Positions 9,569 to 17,847 of a stretch of 26,087 bases of DNA are shown here, piece by piece (position 1 is the first letter of the stretch; the number at the start of each line of letters is the position of its first letter). The position numbers and the translations under genes were made by a program. The stretch lies in NCBI GenBank assembly GCA_026389675.1, contig JAPLHJ010000188.1:1-26087 (forward strand), written 5' to 3'. The DNA comes from Chloroflexota bacterium (GTDB lineage: Bacteria > Chloroflexota > Dehalococcoidia > GIF9 > UBA5629). Below the pieces are notes generated by a model, which saw only the letters and a list, made by a program, of their open reading frames with translations, did no database searches and was not told the origin of the DNA.

Positions 9569-9602
9569 CGTTGTTGCGAGGCCTGAAAGGCCGCGGCAAT
9601 CT
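9569..9602 (+). repeat. REP-like short palindrome (CGTCATTGCGAG...GCAATC type)
   Basis: CGTTGTTGCGAGGCCTGAAAGGCCGCGGCAATCT with inner stem GGCCT-GAA-AGGCC. Same TTGCG...GCAATC frame as the copies at 11459-11524. Confidence 0.6.
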
Positions 9603-9625
9603 TATCACAGCAGGGAGCTTATAAT

Positions 9626-10321
9626 ATGAAACTCATTTTCATACACGGTTCAGGCGCCAACGGTAATGTCTGGCTACTGCAAAAAAAACGCTTTCCTGAT
9701 GCTGACGACCCTGACCTGCCCGGCCATCCCGCAGGCAAGATATGCACCAGCATTGAGGAATACTCCGGCTGGCTGCATGGCTATATCATGGAGAAAGGCT
9801 ACAAGGACGTTGTGCTGGCGGGGCATTCACTTGGCGGGGGCATTGCGCTCATGCATGCCGTCAAATACCCGGGTGACCTCAGGGGTATAATCCTGGTGGG
9901 TTCAGGCGCCCGGCTGAAAGTGCTGCCGCTCATTATAGAGGCCATCTCCGGCAAGCTGGACGACCCCCAGGGCTGGCTCAAAGATCTGGTTATGCCCCTT
10001 TACGGCACCGTGGATGAGGCGACGCGCCGTGAGATAATGCCCGGCCTGGCCGCGGTCGGACCCGCCGCGCAGCTCAACGACTTCCGCTGTTGCGATAAAT
10101 TCGACATTATGGAAAAAGTCCCGCAGATTGCACTCCGGGCTCATTGCATCGTGGGTGAACTGGACAATATGACCCCGCCCAAGTATTCCCAGTATTTAGT
10201 CAAAAACATGCCGGACTGCGGCATCAGCGTCATCGAGGGAGGCAGCCACCTGTGTTTCCTTGAGAAGCCCGGACCGGTCAACGACGCTATAGCAGCCTTC
10301 CTTAAACAAGTGGGGGCCTGA
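9626..10321 (+). CDS. Alpha/beta hydrolase
   Basis: FIHG oxyanion motif, nucleophile elbow GHSLG, acid GELD, His in GGSHL. Confidence 0.88.
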   Translation: MKLIFIHGSGANGNVWLLQKKRFPDADDPDLPGHPAGKICTSIEEYSGWLHGYIMEKGYKDVVLAGHSLGGGIALMHAVKYPGDLRGIILVGSGARLKVLPLIIEAISGKLDDPQGWLKDLVMPLYGTVDEATRREIMPGLAAVGPAAQLNDFRCCDKFDIMEKVPQIALRAHCIVGELDNMTPPKYSQYLVKNMPDCGISVIEGGSHLCFLEKPGPVNDAIAAFLKQVGA

Positions 10322-10324
10322 CCC

Positions 10325-11446
10325 GTGATAAAAGGTTCGCTGCGCGTCGCGCGTATCGCCGGCATCGATATCGGCATTCACTACACTTGGTTCATCATCT
10401 TTGTGCTGATAACCTGGTCATTAGCCGTGGGTTACTTCCCGGTCGAGTACCCGGGCTGGGGTGAATTGCTATACTGGCTGACCTCAGCCACCGCTGCCGT
10501 TCTGCTCTTCATCTCCGTGCTGATACATGAATTGGCGCATTCCCTGGTGGCCAAATCGCGCGGCCTGCCGGTCAAGAGCATTACCTTATTCCTGCTGGGT
10601 GGGGTGAGCAACCTTGAGAACGAGCCCGAAAAGCCGGGCGTGGAGTTTGCCATCGCCATCGTGGGTCCCCTCACCAGCGTGGCGCTGGCCGGCCTTTTCT
10701 GGGCGGTGGATATCCTCGGTTTTGCGCCTGCCGGGCCGGTCAAGGCCATTGCCCTATATATGTCCGAGATAAACGTACTGCTGGCAGCCTTCAACATACT
10801 GCCGGGTTTTCCGCTGGATGGCGGGCGCGTGCTGAGAGCGCTTATCTGGGGCATGACCAACGATCTCAAGAAGGCTACTAATATCGCCGCAGTGGTCGGG
10901 CAGGTATTCGGCTGGCTTATGATAGGGCTGGGCGTTTTCTGGGCGCTGGCCGGCAACCTCATGAACGGCATGTGGCTGGTCTTCATCGGCTGGTTCCTCA
11001 ACGGCGCCGCAGAGTCCTCCCGGCGCGAGTTGGAGTTGCGGTCCCTCTGGCTGAATGTGCGCGTTGCCAATGTCATGGACAATAGCCCGGAGACAGTCGG
11101 GCCCGCTTCCGCGGTGGAGGCGCTGGTCAACGAAGTTTATGTCAAAAAAGGCATACGTGTGGCGCCGGTGGTGGATGATGGACGGCTGCTGGGCATAGTT
11201 TCGCTGGCTGATGTGAAGAAGCTGACACCCGGCGAATGGCGCAATACGCCGGTATCCAGGGTAATGACCCCCCTGCCGCTTAAGACTGTAGGTCCCGGGG
11301 ATGACGTTAAGACCGCCGTGCAGTTGATGGCCGAGCATGGGCTGAACCAGCTGCCCGTGGTGGTGGAGGACAGGCTGGTAGGGTTGCTCAAACGCGCCGA
11401 CATCATCCGCTACGTACAGGTACACCACGAGTTAGGCCGGCGTTAA
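10325..11446 (+). CDS. Site-2 protease (peptidase M50) with C-terminal CBS pair
   Basis: HELAH (HExxH) and FNILPGFPLDGGR motifs, transmembrane helices, two CBS repeats (VMD...LLGIV; VMT...LPVV...LVGLL). GTG start. Confidence 0.9.
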   Translation: MIKGSLRVARIAGIDIGIHYTWFIIFVLITWSLAVGYFPVEYPGWGELLYWLTSATAAVLLFISVLIHELAHSLVAKSRGLPVKSITLFLLGGVSNLENEPEKPGVEFAIAIVGPLTSVALAGLFWAVDILGFAPAGPVKAIALYMSEINVLLAAFNILPGFPLDGGRVLRALIWGMTNDLKKATNIAAVVGQVFGWLMIGLGVFWALAGNLMNGMWLVFIGWFLNGAAESSRRELELRSLWLNVRVANVMDNSPETVGPASAVEALVNEVYVKKGIRVAPVVDDGRLLGIVSLADVKKLTPGEWRNTPVSRVMTPLPLKTVGPGDDVKTAVQLMAEHGLNQLPVVVEDRLVGLLKRADIIRYVQVHHELGRR

Positions 11447-11458
11447 AAGAACACGCAA

Positions 11459-11524
11459 CGCCATTGCGGGCGCAGCGAAGCAATCTGATGGATTGCCGCG
11501 TCGCCTGCGGCTCCTCGCAAAGAC
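11459..11524. repeat. Inverted pair of REP-like palindromes between convergent genes
   Basis: Plus strand CGCCATTGCGGGCGCAGCGAAGCAATCT (11459-11486). Minus strand GTCTTTGCGAGGAGCCGCAGGCGACGCGGCAATC (11524-11491). Confidence 0.7.
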
Positions 11525-11542
11525 AAACCGTAGAAGTGTCGA

Positions 11543-12004
11543 CTATTTCACACCCGGTTTGCGGATGGTGAGCACCGGGCATGATGCCTGGCGGACTATC
11601 TGCTCGGTGGTCGACCCCGAGATAAACCGCCTCCATCCCGACAGGCCGTGAGTGGCTATCACGATCATATCGCAACCCTTCTCAGAGGCGTAGCGCATTA
11701 CCTCGCCCGCGGCATTGCCGATGAGAACTTCGGTGAAAACTTTCAGCCCTTTGCTCACCTTTTGCTCCGAGAGGTTTTTAAGCGATTTCTCGGCCTGCCC
11801 CTCCAGTTCCTGCTGGTAAGAGGCCACGTTGAAGGAGGCCGATTCCACGCCGATGGGCGCTTCCACGATAGGCACCAGCGGCACCACGTTGACGATATGC
11901 AGCGTCGCGCCGAAATGCGAGGCTAATTCATCAGCAGCTTTGAGCGCCTCGTAAGAAGGCTCGCTGAAATCTGTTGGGCAGAGTATATTCTTGATCGGCA
12001 GCAT
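11543..12004 (-). CDS. Universal stress protein (UspA family)
   Basis: IKNILCPTDFS...DMIVIATHGLSGWRRFISGSTTEQIVRQASCPVLTI. Start moved to ATG 12004 (RBS GAGGGG upstream). Confidence 0.9.
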   Translation of the reverse strand: MLPIKNILCPTDFSEPSYEALKAADELASHFGATLHIVNVVPLVPIVEAPIGVESASFNVASYQQELEGQAEKSLKNLSEQKVSKGLKVFTEVLIGNAAGEVMRYASEKGCDMIVIATHGLSGWRRFISGSTTEQIVRQASCPVLTIRKPGVK

Positions 12005-12152
12005 CTCTTTAATCCCCCTCAGAAACATCCGCTTGGGCCTGACGTCCGCCCGTGCAGGAGTTTATTTATGGTGCTATATTTACATCTATCGGGGCGTGTT
12101 TGTCAAGGATAGCACGGGACTTCTGATAAAGAGCCGGGGTACAGTTCCTGCG

Positions 12153-12181
12153 TTGAAAAAAGGCGTCATATGCGGTACCAT
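12153..12181 (+). promoter_or_regulatory. Candidate sigma70 promoter of the hicAB-like operon
   Basis: TTGAAA (12153-12158), 17-nt spacer, TACCAT (12176-12181), 26 nt upstream of the toxin ATG. Confidence 0.55.
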
Positions 12182-12207
12182 TATAAGCGGTTGCCGAGAG
12201 ATAAAAC

Positions 12208-12426
12208 ATGACAAAGAAAGAAAAGCGGCTGCAGAAGTTGGGGCAGAATATTCGCAATGTTTCACTGGAGGAATTTGAGGCAATTATCAATGAATACGGG
12301 CACATTGAATTTGGCGGCCGGCATCCTAAAGCGATTATTGGTAATAGAGTGCTTGCCTACAAAAGGAAAAATCCGGTCGGCCCGTGGTATGTCGAAGAAC
12401 TGATATCGATGATTCAGAATCTTTAA
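12208..12426 (+). CDS. hicA: HicA-like toxin (dsRBD-fold mRNase)
   Basis: 72 aa basic protein, pattern MTKKEKRLQKL..N..NVSLEEF..II..YG....GGRH......P..PWYV, directly upstream of a HicB-like gene. Confidence 0.72.
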   Translation: MTKKEKRLQKLGQNIRNVSLEEFEAIINEYGHIEFGGRHPKAIIGNRVLAYKRKNPVGPWYVEELISMIQNL

Positions 12427-12453
12427 AGCTGGCAGCCGGCAAAGGAGGCTAAG

Positions 12454-12894
12454 ATGAAAGAAAAAGTGAAAATGGATTTGGATTACTATGACAATTTGCC
12501 TTATACGATCACACTTGAAAGATGGGATGAGCCTGATAATACATACTGGATTGCACGTGTAATAGAATTGCCCCACTGTTTAACGGATGGGCATTCTCCG
12601 GAAGATGCCCTGGCGGAGATCAAGGAAGTAAAACGTGAGTGGCTTGAGGCCAATCTGAAGTTGGGCAATGACATCCCCGAACCGATGTCGAAGGGATATA
12701 GCGGCCAATTAAGATTGCGAATTCAGCCTTCCCTGCACAGGGCGCTGGCACAGCGGGCCAAAATTGAGGAAGTCAGCTTGAATAAATATATGAACACTTT
12801 GCTGGCGCAGGGCGTAGGTTTCCTGGTCAGGGAGAAACTGTCCGCTGAATACCCCGTTAGGAAAAGGAAGAAAACCTCCTCTGCTACCGAATGA
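12454..12894 (+). CDS. hicB: HicB-family antitoxin with C-terminal ribbon-helix-helix domain
   Basis: YWIARVIELPHCLTDGHSPEDAL...WLE...G.DIPEP, followed by YSGQLRLRIQPSLHRALAQRAKIEEVSLNKY. Confidence 0.88.
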   Translation: MKEKVKMDLDYYDNLPYTITLERWDEPDNTYWIARVIELPHCLTDGHSPEDALAEIKEVKREWLEANLKLGNDIPEPMSKGYSGQLRLRIQPSLHRALAQRAKIEEVSLNKYMNTLLAQGVGFLVREKLSAEYPVRKRKKTSSATE

Positions 12895-13048
12895 TTGCCC
12901 GGTCAATGCCTTCAACTTCGCGGACCTGGTCAAACTGAAGCTGTTGTGCTTCATCAAGAACCCGGCTGTAGAACCCGTGCTTGCGGGCGTTCTGGTTGCC
13001 CCTGGGGGCTCCTATCGGATTTTTCCCGGTTATGATTACATCCTTTGC
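12884..13048 (-). pseudogene. Truncated remnant of a GAPxGNQNARKHGFYS-motif protein
   Basis: Reverse frame reads AKDVIITGKNPIGAPRGNQNARKHGFYSRVLDEAQQLQFDQVREVEGIDRAIIR*. There is no in-frame start (the nearby RBS+ATG at 13050 is out of frame), and the frame stops inside the hicB 3' end. Confidence 0.6.
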
Positions 13049-13107
13049 ATATACTTTTCCCCCATCGCTATTGTATAATCGAGTAAACGGAAGATTATTT
13101 CGTATTT

Positions 13108-14097
13108 ATGCAGCAGAGTTTCCTCTGTCCGCGGTGCAATAACGTAGCCTTCCTGGGGCAGCGTTACTGCGGCTTCTGTGATCTGGCCTTTCTCTATTCA
13201 TGCAATTCCTGCGGCTCTGCGCTTATACCGGAAGCGGTCTTCTGTGGCAATTGCGGCACACAAATCGACTGGGAAGAGCCTGCGCAGCAACAAATTCAAC
13301 CGGTATTGCCGCAGGTCCCTGAGCCGGCAACTGCACCAGTGCAAGTGGAGCAGCCCGTGGATATAGGTCAGCCGGGCGCTCATCATCCTGCCACACATGG
13401 AAATATAGGGCAGCCGGCTCTTCTCCAACCCGGGGGCCTATCCCAGGAAACCCCGGAAGCAAGCCCGCCGGCGGAATCTCCCCCGGCCGCGTTGGTGGCA
13501 CCGGTATATCCCGTACCAGCGGAGCATAAGGCGAAGGCGGCGGAGCATCACGAAAGGAGCCTGGCGCTGCTGAAGGATGGACACTATTCCCTGGCTATAG
13601 ACGAATTAAGCAAAGCCCTGCAATACGATCCAAGTACAGCCATTATCTACATGCTGAGAGGAGGCGCCCTGTACAAGAGCGGCGATCTCGATATGGCGCT
13701 GGCCGACCTTGATCGCGCCATTGAGCTCGACCCCAATTTAGCCATGGCCTTCTACAACCGCGGCAACGTTTACTACTACAAGCAGGATTTCGACCGCGCC
13801 ATTGCTGATTTCTCTCGAGCCATAGCTATCGAAAATACGGATTCGGCGGCCTTCCATAACTGCGGCTGCGCGCTAATGATGAAAGGGCAATTCTATGAAG
13901 CAATCGATGATATCAACCGGTCCATACAGCTCGACCCCAAGGACCCGAGGGTCTATTGCAGCCGGGGCAGCGCCTATACGCAAACGGGCCAAACCCAGAA
14001 GGCGGCTGAGGATTACCGGCAGGTAAAGGGCATGACGGCCGACCCGGCCATTATTCACAAGGCGGAGCGGGCGTTGAGGGATCTGGGGGAAGGGTAA
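13108..14097 (+). CDS. Double zinc-ribbon + Pro/Gln-rich linker + TPR-repeat protein
   Basis: Four CxxC motifs (CPRC, CGFC, CNSC, CGNC), a low-complexity linker, and about five TPRs (AI.D...AI.LDP..A.A.YNRG). Confidence 0.85.
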   Translation: MQQSFLCPRCNNVAFLGQRYCGFCDLAFLYSCNSCGSALIPEAVFCGNCGTQIDWEEPAQQQIQPVLPQVPEPATAPVQVEQPVDIGQPGAHHPATHGNIGQPALLQPGGLSQETPEASPPAESPPAALVAPVYPVPAEHKAKAAEHHERSLALLKDGHYSLAIDELSKALQYDPSTAIIYMLRGGALYKSGDLDMALADLDRAIELDPNLAMAFYNRGNVYYYKQDFDRAIADFSRAIAIENTDSAAFHNCGCALMMKGQFYEAIDDINRSIQLDPKDPRVYCSRGSAYTQTGQTQKAAEDYRQVKGMTADPAIIHKAERALRDLGEG

Positions 14098-15250
14098 GCG
14101 GCGGTTCGGCGGGTTCCAGCTCTTCAATTTTGCTCTCGTGCCGTATCTCTTCAATCAGGTGCAGCGGCTTTTCCAGCGCGTTCTTGCGCGTGGTGGTGAG
14201 GTTTCCAAACTCAGTCTGGGCGTCCTGCAGCTTCTTGCCCATCCTGTCCATACTATCGGTGAACTTCTGCCACTGCAGGTCGAATTGCTTTATCTGGGCG
14301 ATGATCTCAGCCAGGCCTTTCTCCATCTTGAAATTCTTGACGGCCTGGTTGATGAGCGCCAGCACGGCGTAAAGGGTGACCGGTGAGCAGAGCACGACCC
14401 TGGACTGGAGGGCGTAATCAAGGAGGCCGGGGTCGTTTTCGTTGATGAAGCGGTAAACCTGCTCGTTGGGTATCAGCACCAGGACGTAATCGAGGGTGCT
14501 TTCGGGGCTGATGTATTCGCGCCCGGTGACCTCTTTAACCCGCTGGCGGGAGTCTTTGAGGAAGGCTGCTTTGAAGGCTTCGCGGTCGGCCTCTGACTCG
14601 GTATCTGTGTATTTCATGTAGTTGCCGAGGGGGAATTTTACGTCCATATTGAGTACCAAACCGTTGGGGAGAGGGAAGGTATAATCGGGGCGGGACCCGC
14701 CGGCGGGGTCAACCTGCTGCTTGCGGTAATTGACTCCTTCGATGAAGCCGATGTTGCGCAGTATATCATCGGCCATGCGCTCGCCCCATTGGCCCCTCAC
14801 CTGTGTGTTGCCGAGGGCGGCCTGCAGCTTGCCGGTGGTTTCCGATAGCCTGAGGGTCTGCTCGGAGGCGGCCTTGAGCTGCGCAGCAAGATCGCCGTAA
14901 GCCTGCGCGCGGTCCTTCTCAAGCCCGGCAATGAGGTCATTCACACCCTTGAGGTTGTCCCGCACCTCTTTGATGGACTGGTCGATGAGCGCCTTCTTGC
15001 CCTCGAGGCTCTGCTCGCTGAGCTGGGACTGGCCGCCGATGACCTGGCCGGACATTTTAACCAGGTGGTCCACGGCGCTCTGGGTGGCGGCGTCGGTAAA
15101 GGCCGTCAGGTTTTTCTGTATCTCGCCGCCGATGGACAGCACGTCCTGCCTGTAAAAGGGCTTATAAACTCGCGTAATGACGATGGTCACAACTACGCCT
15201 ATGGCTATGCCACCCAGCAGGATAATGCCGTAAAGAAGCAGGTCATTCAT
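14051..15250 (-). CDS. rmuC: DNA recombination protein RmuC
   Basis: N-terminal TM anchor, coiled coil, RGQWGE and RPD......G..L..DVKFP (PD-DxK-like) motifs, TLDYVLVLIPNE, VLCSPVTL. RBS AAGGAGG. Confidence 0.9.
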   Translation of the reverse strand: MNDLLLYGIILLGGIAIGVVVTIVITRVYKPFYRQDVLSIGGEIQKNLTAFTDAATQSAVDHLVKMSGQVIGGQSQLSEQSLEGKKALIDQSIKEVRDNLKGVNDLIAGLEKDRAQAYGDLAAQLKAASEQTLRLSETTGKLQAALGNTQVRGQWGERMADDILRNIGFIEGVNYRKQQVDPAGGSRPDYTFPLPNGLVLNMDVKFPLGNYMKYTDTESEADREAFKAAFLKDSRQRVKEVTGREYISPESTLDYVLVLIPNEQVYRFINENDPGLLDYALQSRVVLCSPVTLYAVLALINQAVKNFKMEKGLAEIIAQIKQFDLQWQKFTDSMDRMGKKLQDAQTEFGNLTTTRKNALEKPLHLIEEIRHESKIEELEPAEPPLTLPPDPSTPAPPCE

Positions 15251-15288
15251 GCTGCGCCTCCTTTTATGAAAGCGGGGTGCTCAATTCA

Positions 15289-15870
15289 CTATCGGGGAAG
15301 CAATTGACGCCAGTCGAAGTTGCTGTTCGCCCCGCCGCTGGCTGCAATCATGATAAGCGAGATTATTAGTACTGCGATGCTTATCGCAAGCAAAAGCTGC
15401 AGTACCAGCATGCCGACGCCCCACTTAATCCAGGTACGCTGGGTTTTCCTGAAGTGCTCAATGCTGTCCCATCTTTTTTTCTGCCAGGCCCATTCATTGC
15501 CGTGCACTCCGAGGACGATGGCCATCACGATGCTGATTACCCAGCCTACGTAAGGGATAAGGCCCGCCAGCGCAACCAGCGCTATCCAGACGTTGTTGCC
15601 GATGCCCCAGATCCAGGTGAGCAGGAAGGCGCCCCAGTTCCAGCCCCTCAGTTCGGGCGGCAACTGGGATGTGGCGCCCAGTCCCGATACAGTGCCTGCT
15701 GCCAGGGGAGAGGCGTGGCCGGGCCAAGCGCCTGTTTTCAGGTTGGCCTCCATGCAGGCGTTACAGTAAATCTGGTTATCAATGCTGACCTTGCATTCGG
15801 GGCAGACAAACCTGCCGCAATTGCAGCAGCCGCCCACCTCCTCCCTGTCCGTATGTATCGCGCATTTCAT
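15289..15870 (-). CDS. B-box-like Cys/His finger + WNWGAFLLTWIWG membrane domain protein (paralog 2)
   Basis: MKCAIHTDREEVGGCCNCGRFVCPEC...YCNAC, then GWNWGAFLLTWIWGIGN...GNEWAWQ and hydrophobic helices. RBS GGAGG. Confidence 0.8.
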   Translation of the reverse strand: MKCAIHTDREEVGGCCNCGRFVCPECKVSIDNQIYCNACMEANLKTGAWPGHASPLAAGTVSGLGATSQLPPELRGWNWGAFLLTWIWGIGNNVWIALVALAGLIPYVGWVISIVMAIVLGVHGNEWAWQKKRWDSIEHFRKTQRTWIKWGVGMLVLQLLLAISIAVLIISLIMIAASGGANSNFDWRQLLPR

Positions 15871-15904
15871 CTCTAATCCTCCTGCCGTTGGCTTTCCATT
15901 ATGC

Positions 15905-16438
15905 TCAGTACCTTATCGTTCCGGACTGCCCGACACTCCAGACTATGAGGCCTAAGACGAGCAGTAAAATGATGGCAATAATGATGGTCAGGGCAATGGA
16001 TATCCACAGCCCCCAGAGCGTCCAGGTATGTTGCACGCGTTTGAAATGCTCGAGACTCTCCCAGCGCCTGCTCTGCCAGGCCCACTCGTTGCCCTTGAAG
16101 GCCAGCACCCAGGGCATGACCATGAAGCCGAGGTAGGGAACGAATACCAGGAATGACCACCAGACGCTGTTACCGATGCCCCAGATCCAGGTCAGCAGGA
16201 AGCCGCCCCAGTTCCATTCGCCCAGCCCGGGCGGAAGGGGCGCTTTGCTGCCCATACCCGAGGTGTTGCCGGCGGTGACTGCCGTCGCCGGCACAACACC
16301 ACCGGAAGCCATTTTCTCTATGCAGGAATTGCAGTAAACCTTTCCCCCGTATTCAACCTTGCACTCGGGACAGACGGCCTCGTTGCAGGCTACGCAGGCG
16401 CCTACCGCGTCGCGGTCAGGGTGATGATAACAGTACAT
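15905..16438 (-). CDS. B-box-like Cys/His finger + WNWGGFLLTWIWG membrane domain protein (paralog 1)
   Basis: MYCYHHPDRDAVGACVACNEAVCPEC...YCNSC, then EWNWGGFLLTWIWGIGN...GNEWAWQ. RBS AAGGAGG. Confidence 0.8.
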   Translation of the reverse strand: MYCYHHPDRDAVGACVACNEAVCPECKVEYGGKVYCNSCIEKMASGGVVPATAVTAGNTSGMGSKAPLPPGLGEWNWGGFLLTWIWGIGNSVWWSFLVFVPYLGFMVMPWVLAFKGNEWAWQSRRWESLEHFKRVQHTWTLWGLWISIALTIIIAIILLLVLGLIVWSVGQSGTIRY

Positions 16439-16579
16439 TGCGGCCTCCTTCTCAACCGGCTGCAGCGGCAGCCCCGTCAGTTGAGTTTATCTTAAGTAAA
16501 GTATATTTCATGTGAGCTTAACAAGCTACCCGTTGCCCGGATGGGCCGGGCGGGAATATACTGGATCAGGGATTTTATC

Positions 16580-17041
16580 ATGAAGATAGGCGTAATCTCG
16601 GATACCCATGCCAGGCACTACTCCCAGCTTCCCCAGAACCTGTTAAAGGCACTGGAAAAGGTTGACCTGATCGTGCATGCCGGCGATATCGTCACGATGG
16701 ATGTCATCCGGGGACTGGAGACGGTGGCTCCGGTAAAAGGCGTCTGCGGTAATATGGATTTGCCTGAAGTGGGGCTGGCCTTCCCGGAGAAACTGCTAAT
16801 TGAGATTGGGGGCAGGAAAATCGGTGTAATGCATGGCAGCGGCGGCCCGGCCGGGCTGGAAAACCTGGTGACGCAGGCATTCGATGGCGTGGACATCATC
16901 ATCTTCGGCCACAGCCATATCGCGGTGAATAAGGTCCTGGATGGAATTAACCTGTTTAACCCGGGCAATGCAGGTAACTCCTACGGGATACTGGAGCTCG
17001 GAGAGAGAGTCGGCGGAAAGATAATCCGTGATTATTTTTAG
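16580..17041 (+). CDS. Metallophosphoesterase (YfcE/MJ0936-like calcineurin fold)
   Basis: ISDTH, HAGD, GNMD, MHG, FGHSH and NPG motifs. Start set at MKIGVISDTH (ATG 16580). Confidence 0.88.
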   Translation: MKIGVISDTHARHYSQLPQNLLKALEKVDLIVHAGDIVTMDVIRGLETVAPVKGVCGNMDLPEVGLAFPEKLLIEIGGRKIGVMHGSGGPAGLENLVTQAFDGVDIIIFGHSHIAVNKVLDGINLFNPGNAGNSYGILELGERVGGKIIRDYF

Positions 17042-17050
17042 AGGTGGATT

Positions 17051-17811
17051 ATGAGCGAAAGCTGGCACGATTATAAAATACTCGACCACCCCGCGATATT
17101 GAATTTGATCTTCTATCCGCGCGCCGACGACTATGAACCGGTTGACACGGAGCGGTCCACGGGCTTTATGGTGCCCGTAGGCGGCGGCATACATATCTCC
17201 TGCCGCTTCTTCTTCGGAAAAAAAGATAATGTTAATATGCTGTTCTTCCATGGCAACGGTGAGTTGGCCGGGGAATATGAGGATATCGGGCTGGCCTTCA
17301 ATAACAGAGGCATCAATCTGTTTGTGGCTGATTACCGCGGTTACGGCGGCAGCAGCGGGCGGCCGACGGTGAGCAATATGATTAAGGATGCACACCCTGT
17401 TGCGAGCTGGTTCAACCGGTTCCTGGAAGATAAGGGCTATACGGGAAGCTGTTTTATCATGGGGCGCTCGCTGGGCAGCGCTTCGGCCATCTATCTGGCA
17501 GCCGGCCACCCGGCCTGGTACAGGGGAGTGGTAATTGAGAGCGGATTCTGCGATATATCAGACCTGCTGGGCAAGCTGGGGCCGGCGCTGAACCCGCCCG
17601 GGCAGTTAGCCACGGCCTCGCCGGGATTCAGCAGGGTTATGAAAATAACCATGCCGGCGCTGATCATTCATGGCGAATACGACTCAATTGTGCCGCTGAC
17701 CGAGGGTGAAAAAATCTACCGCAACATCGGGTCGGAGGAAAAACCATCTTTGCCGAGGGCGCAGACCTGTATTTGCGTGAGCTGGCCGGTTTCGTAAATA
17801 AATACAGGTAA
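17051..17811 (+). pseudogene. Alpha/beta hydrolase with frameshift/deletion near the C-terminus
   Basis: FFHGNGE, DYRGYG, GRSLG and IIHGEYD are intact. After ...IGSEEK (17743) the native-looking tail TIFAEGADLYLRELAGFVNKYR* continues in the -1 frame (17743-17811). No catalytic His occurs in either frame. Confidence 0.72.
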
Positions 17812-17815
17812 TAAA

Positions 17816-17847
17816 AAAGCCCCCTCGATAGCGGGTTCTGTCGACTC
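17816..17847 (+). repeat. Left 32-bp inverted repeat
   Basis: AAAGCCCCCTCGATAGCGGGTTCTGTCGACTC, 30/32 identical to the reverse complement of 19057-19088. Confidence 0.9.
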
